Source of the DNA: Nitrospirota bacterium
GTDB taxonomy: Bacteria > Nitrospirota > UBA9217
Length of the DNA stretch: 64,000 nt
NCBI GenBank assembly: GCA_963741205.1
Contig: CAVUHW010000028.1
Location: 33,526-97,525, forward strand
Direction of reading: 5' to 3'
Position numbers and translations under genes: made by a program
Shown: positions 62,276 to 64,000 of the stretch, in pieces
Position numbering within the stretch: position 1 is the first letter of the stretch
Layout: each line of letters opens with the position of its first letter
Notes under the pieces: model-generated
The model's database searches: none
What the model saw: only the letters and a program-made list of their open reading frames with translations
Told to the model about the DNA's origin: nothing

Positions 62276-62988
62276 GACTTCCTCCGGAGCAGGTTCCGTT
62301 CGAGAAAGCTCAGGAACTCCATGGAAAAGGAATCCATCCGCGTGGCGATGCCGTTGATCTTCGCCGAAAAATAGTTATAGGAAATAACGGCGGGAATGGC
62401 GACGAACAGCCCCATAGAGGTGTTGATGAGCGCGGCGGCGAGCCCCGGCGCCAGGGCCGCGATATCGCCCGCGCCCTTCAGCCCGATTCCGTAGAAAGCG
62501 TCCATGATGCCCCAGACCGTGGCCAGGAGGCCCAGGAGCGGCCCCACCGTGCCGGTCGTGCCGAGAAACGGGAGATAACGTTCCAGGTACATGACTTCGT
62601 CCTGCGTGGTGATCTTGAGCGAACGCTCGATCTCCTGGGAAATGAGCGGCCGCTCCTCATCGGTCACCTTGCCGTCCGGCAGGCTCTTGATGATGGACTC
62701 GGTCTCACGGTACCCCTCGACAAAGAGCGTGGCAAGAGGGCTGAACTTTGACATTTCGGCATCCCGTAGAAGCTCCTCAATGTTTTTGGTCTTCCGGAAC
62801 GCCAACAGAAAGGCATGGGATTCTTTCTCCGCCCTCCGCAGAAATTGGTACTTGAGCAGGATCATGGCCCAGGACACGACCGAGAACCCCATCAGGATGA
62901 CCACGATTCCCCTGCCGACCCATCCGACCTCGCCCAACAGGCCGATCACTCCCATGCCCATGCCGGGCACCGCCGCGATTGCGAGCAT
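62272..62988 (-). CDS. tolQ: MotA/TolQ/ExbB proton-channel protein
   Basis: Intact 238-aa ORF: LPFLGTTGTVGPLLGLLATVWGIMDAF...AALAPGLAAALINTSMGLFVAIPAVISYNYF. Confidence 0.88.
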   Translation of the reverse strand: MLAIAAVPGMGMGVIGLLGEVGWVGRGIVVILMGFSVVSWAMILLKYQFLRRAEKESHAFLLAFRKTKNIEELLRDAEMSKFSPLATLFVEGYRETESIIKSLPDGKVTDEERPLISQEIERSLKITTQDEVMYLERYLPFLGTTGTVGPLLGLLATVWGIMDAFYGIGLKGAGDIAALAPGLAAALINTSMGLFVAIPAVISYNYFSAKINGIATRMDSFSMEFLSFLERNLLRRKS

Positions 62989-63015
62989 TGTTACCTCCGT
63001 AATAAAAATTCGGCG

Positions 63016-64000
63016 TTAGTAGACGCCGATCACCTTCCCCATCTCCGACACGTCATACCCGCCCATGGCGACGATCTGCTCGCGGAACTCTTTGTCGCCG
63101 CGGATGATCCCGAGCAGGGCTTGCATCATCGGCGTATCATAAAATTCCCGGGGGACGGCGAGGTCGTATCGCTCTTGCGCCACGGGGACGAAGTCGAGGT
63201 CAAGCGCCTGCGCCGCCGACAGCACCCCGAGCCCCGTGTCCGCGGCGCCTGAAACCACGGCCGCGGCCACTGCCATGTGGGTAAATTCCTCGTGATCATA
63301 CCCTTTTACGTCCTTCGGGTCAATGTTCAAGTTTTTGAGATAGAGGTCCGTCAGAAGCCGCGTACCCGCGCCTGCCTGGCGGTTCACGAAGACGACCTCC
63401 GGCCTCGCAAGATCCGCGAACCCCCGTATGTTTTTGGGATTGCCTCTCGGTACGATGAATCCCTGGGTCCGGTAGACGAGGTTCACGAGCACGGTCCGCG
63501 TTTCAGGGAGCATTTTTTTTATATAGCTTACGTTATACTCGCCCGTCTCTTCATCGAGCAGGTGCGTCCCCGCAAGATGCGCCTCCCCGCGCTTGAGCGC
63601 CAGGAGTCCGCCCATGCTGCCCACGTGCGCAGACGAGAGAGAAAGTTCCGGATGCCTTTTCTTGAGAAAGTTCGCGAGCACATCGAGGGCGTTGTCGTGA
63701 GAGCCGATGCAGACGATGGTGTTCTCGATATCGCGGCCGGCGCGAAGCAGTTCCACGGTCACCTCGTGTCCCCCGGCGATGCCCTCGCTCCGGGCAGGTA
63801 CGCGGATGACGCCGTCCGCGCGAACGAGCGACATGAGAGCGCCCGCGCCGCGCGTTACGGGAGTAGCGATAAGATTCCCGGCAACGCTTCCGAGCTTGAC
63901 GCGGATGAACTCTTCCTGTCCGAGCGATGATGCCACCTGCCTGCTGAGCTTTGCCGTGATCGTCCCTGAATCAGGCGGTTTGATCCCGAGAAGTTCGTAG
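63016..64000 (-). CDS. molybdopterin biosynthesis MoeA-like protein with C-terminal periplasmic-binding-like domain; partial (runs off window end)
   Basis: MoeA C-terminal-type QEEFIRVKLGSVAGNLIATPVTRGAGALMSLVRADGVIRVPARSEGI, then PBP-like IVCIGSHDNALDVLANFL...VNRQAGAGTRLLTD...AAAVVSGAADTGLGVLSAAQALDLDFVPV. The frame stays open upstream to position 64000. Confidence 0.7.
   Translation of the reverse strand, partial: YELLGIKPPDSGTITAKLSRQVASSLGQEEFIRVKLGSVAGNLIATPVTRGAGALMSLVRADGVIRVPARSEGIAGGHEVTVELLRAGRDIENTIVCIGSHDNALDVLANFLKKRHPELSLSSAHVGSMGGLLALKRGEAHLAGTHLLDEETGEYNVSYIKKMLPETRTVLVNLVYRTQGFIVPRGNPKNIRGFADLARPEVVFVNRQAGAGTRLLTDLYLKNLNIDPKDVKGYDHEEFTHMAVAAAVVSGAADTGLGVLSAAQALDLDFVPVAQERYDLAVPREFYDTPMMQALLGIIRGDKEFREQIVAMGGYDVSEMGKVIGVY

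Overview
This is a high-GC bacterial chromosome segment (about 60% GC on spot-checked lines). It looks like a draft or metagenome assembly of an anaerobe with deltaproteobacterial-type content: multihaem cytochrome c, split archaeal-type glutamate synthase, two-subunit class I fumarase and GH57. About 55 genes are present. From 14.9 kb to the window end almost all are on the minus strand: purA, serA plus a class-V aminotransferase, apt, fumarase alpha/beta, mdh, a CorC/CNNM transporter, a GspE/PilB ATPase, proS, ispG, rseP, dxr, cdsA, uppS, GH57, three glutamate synthase genes, DUF255 and tolQ-R-A-B. Many conserved genes are split over 2 to more than 10 reading frames. The breaks I could localise sit in homopolymer runs, so I read them as assembly indels and report merged gene spans. 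A 304-nt poly-G plus 11-nt poly-C block (5708-6022) is treated as an artefactual join. A low-GC stretch (about 10.6-14.5 kb, roughly 40% GC) lies next to tRNA-Glu and tRNA-Lys. It carries a serine recombinase, a Phd/YefM-like gene behind a perfect consensus promoter, an outer-membrane beta-barrel gene and a lipoprotein gene. The most interesting signal is an in-frame TGA at the first Cys of the conserved SCGCT motif of a secreted DUF1573 protein (19505-19900). A perfect hairpin lies 14 nt downstream, so this is a candidate selenocysteine codon. Other observations: several families of long intergenic hairpins with tandem-unit arms; a cytochrome / TPR / Cys-less thioredoxin module; a stand-alone MshEN-type protein; tandem beta-propeller lipoprotein paralogues; and a duplicated gene tail flanking a di-haem peroxidase gene. 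No CRISPR array, rRNA or transposase was seen. All calls come from reading the sequence and ORF track; no searches were run.
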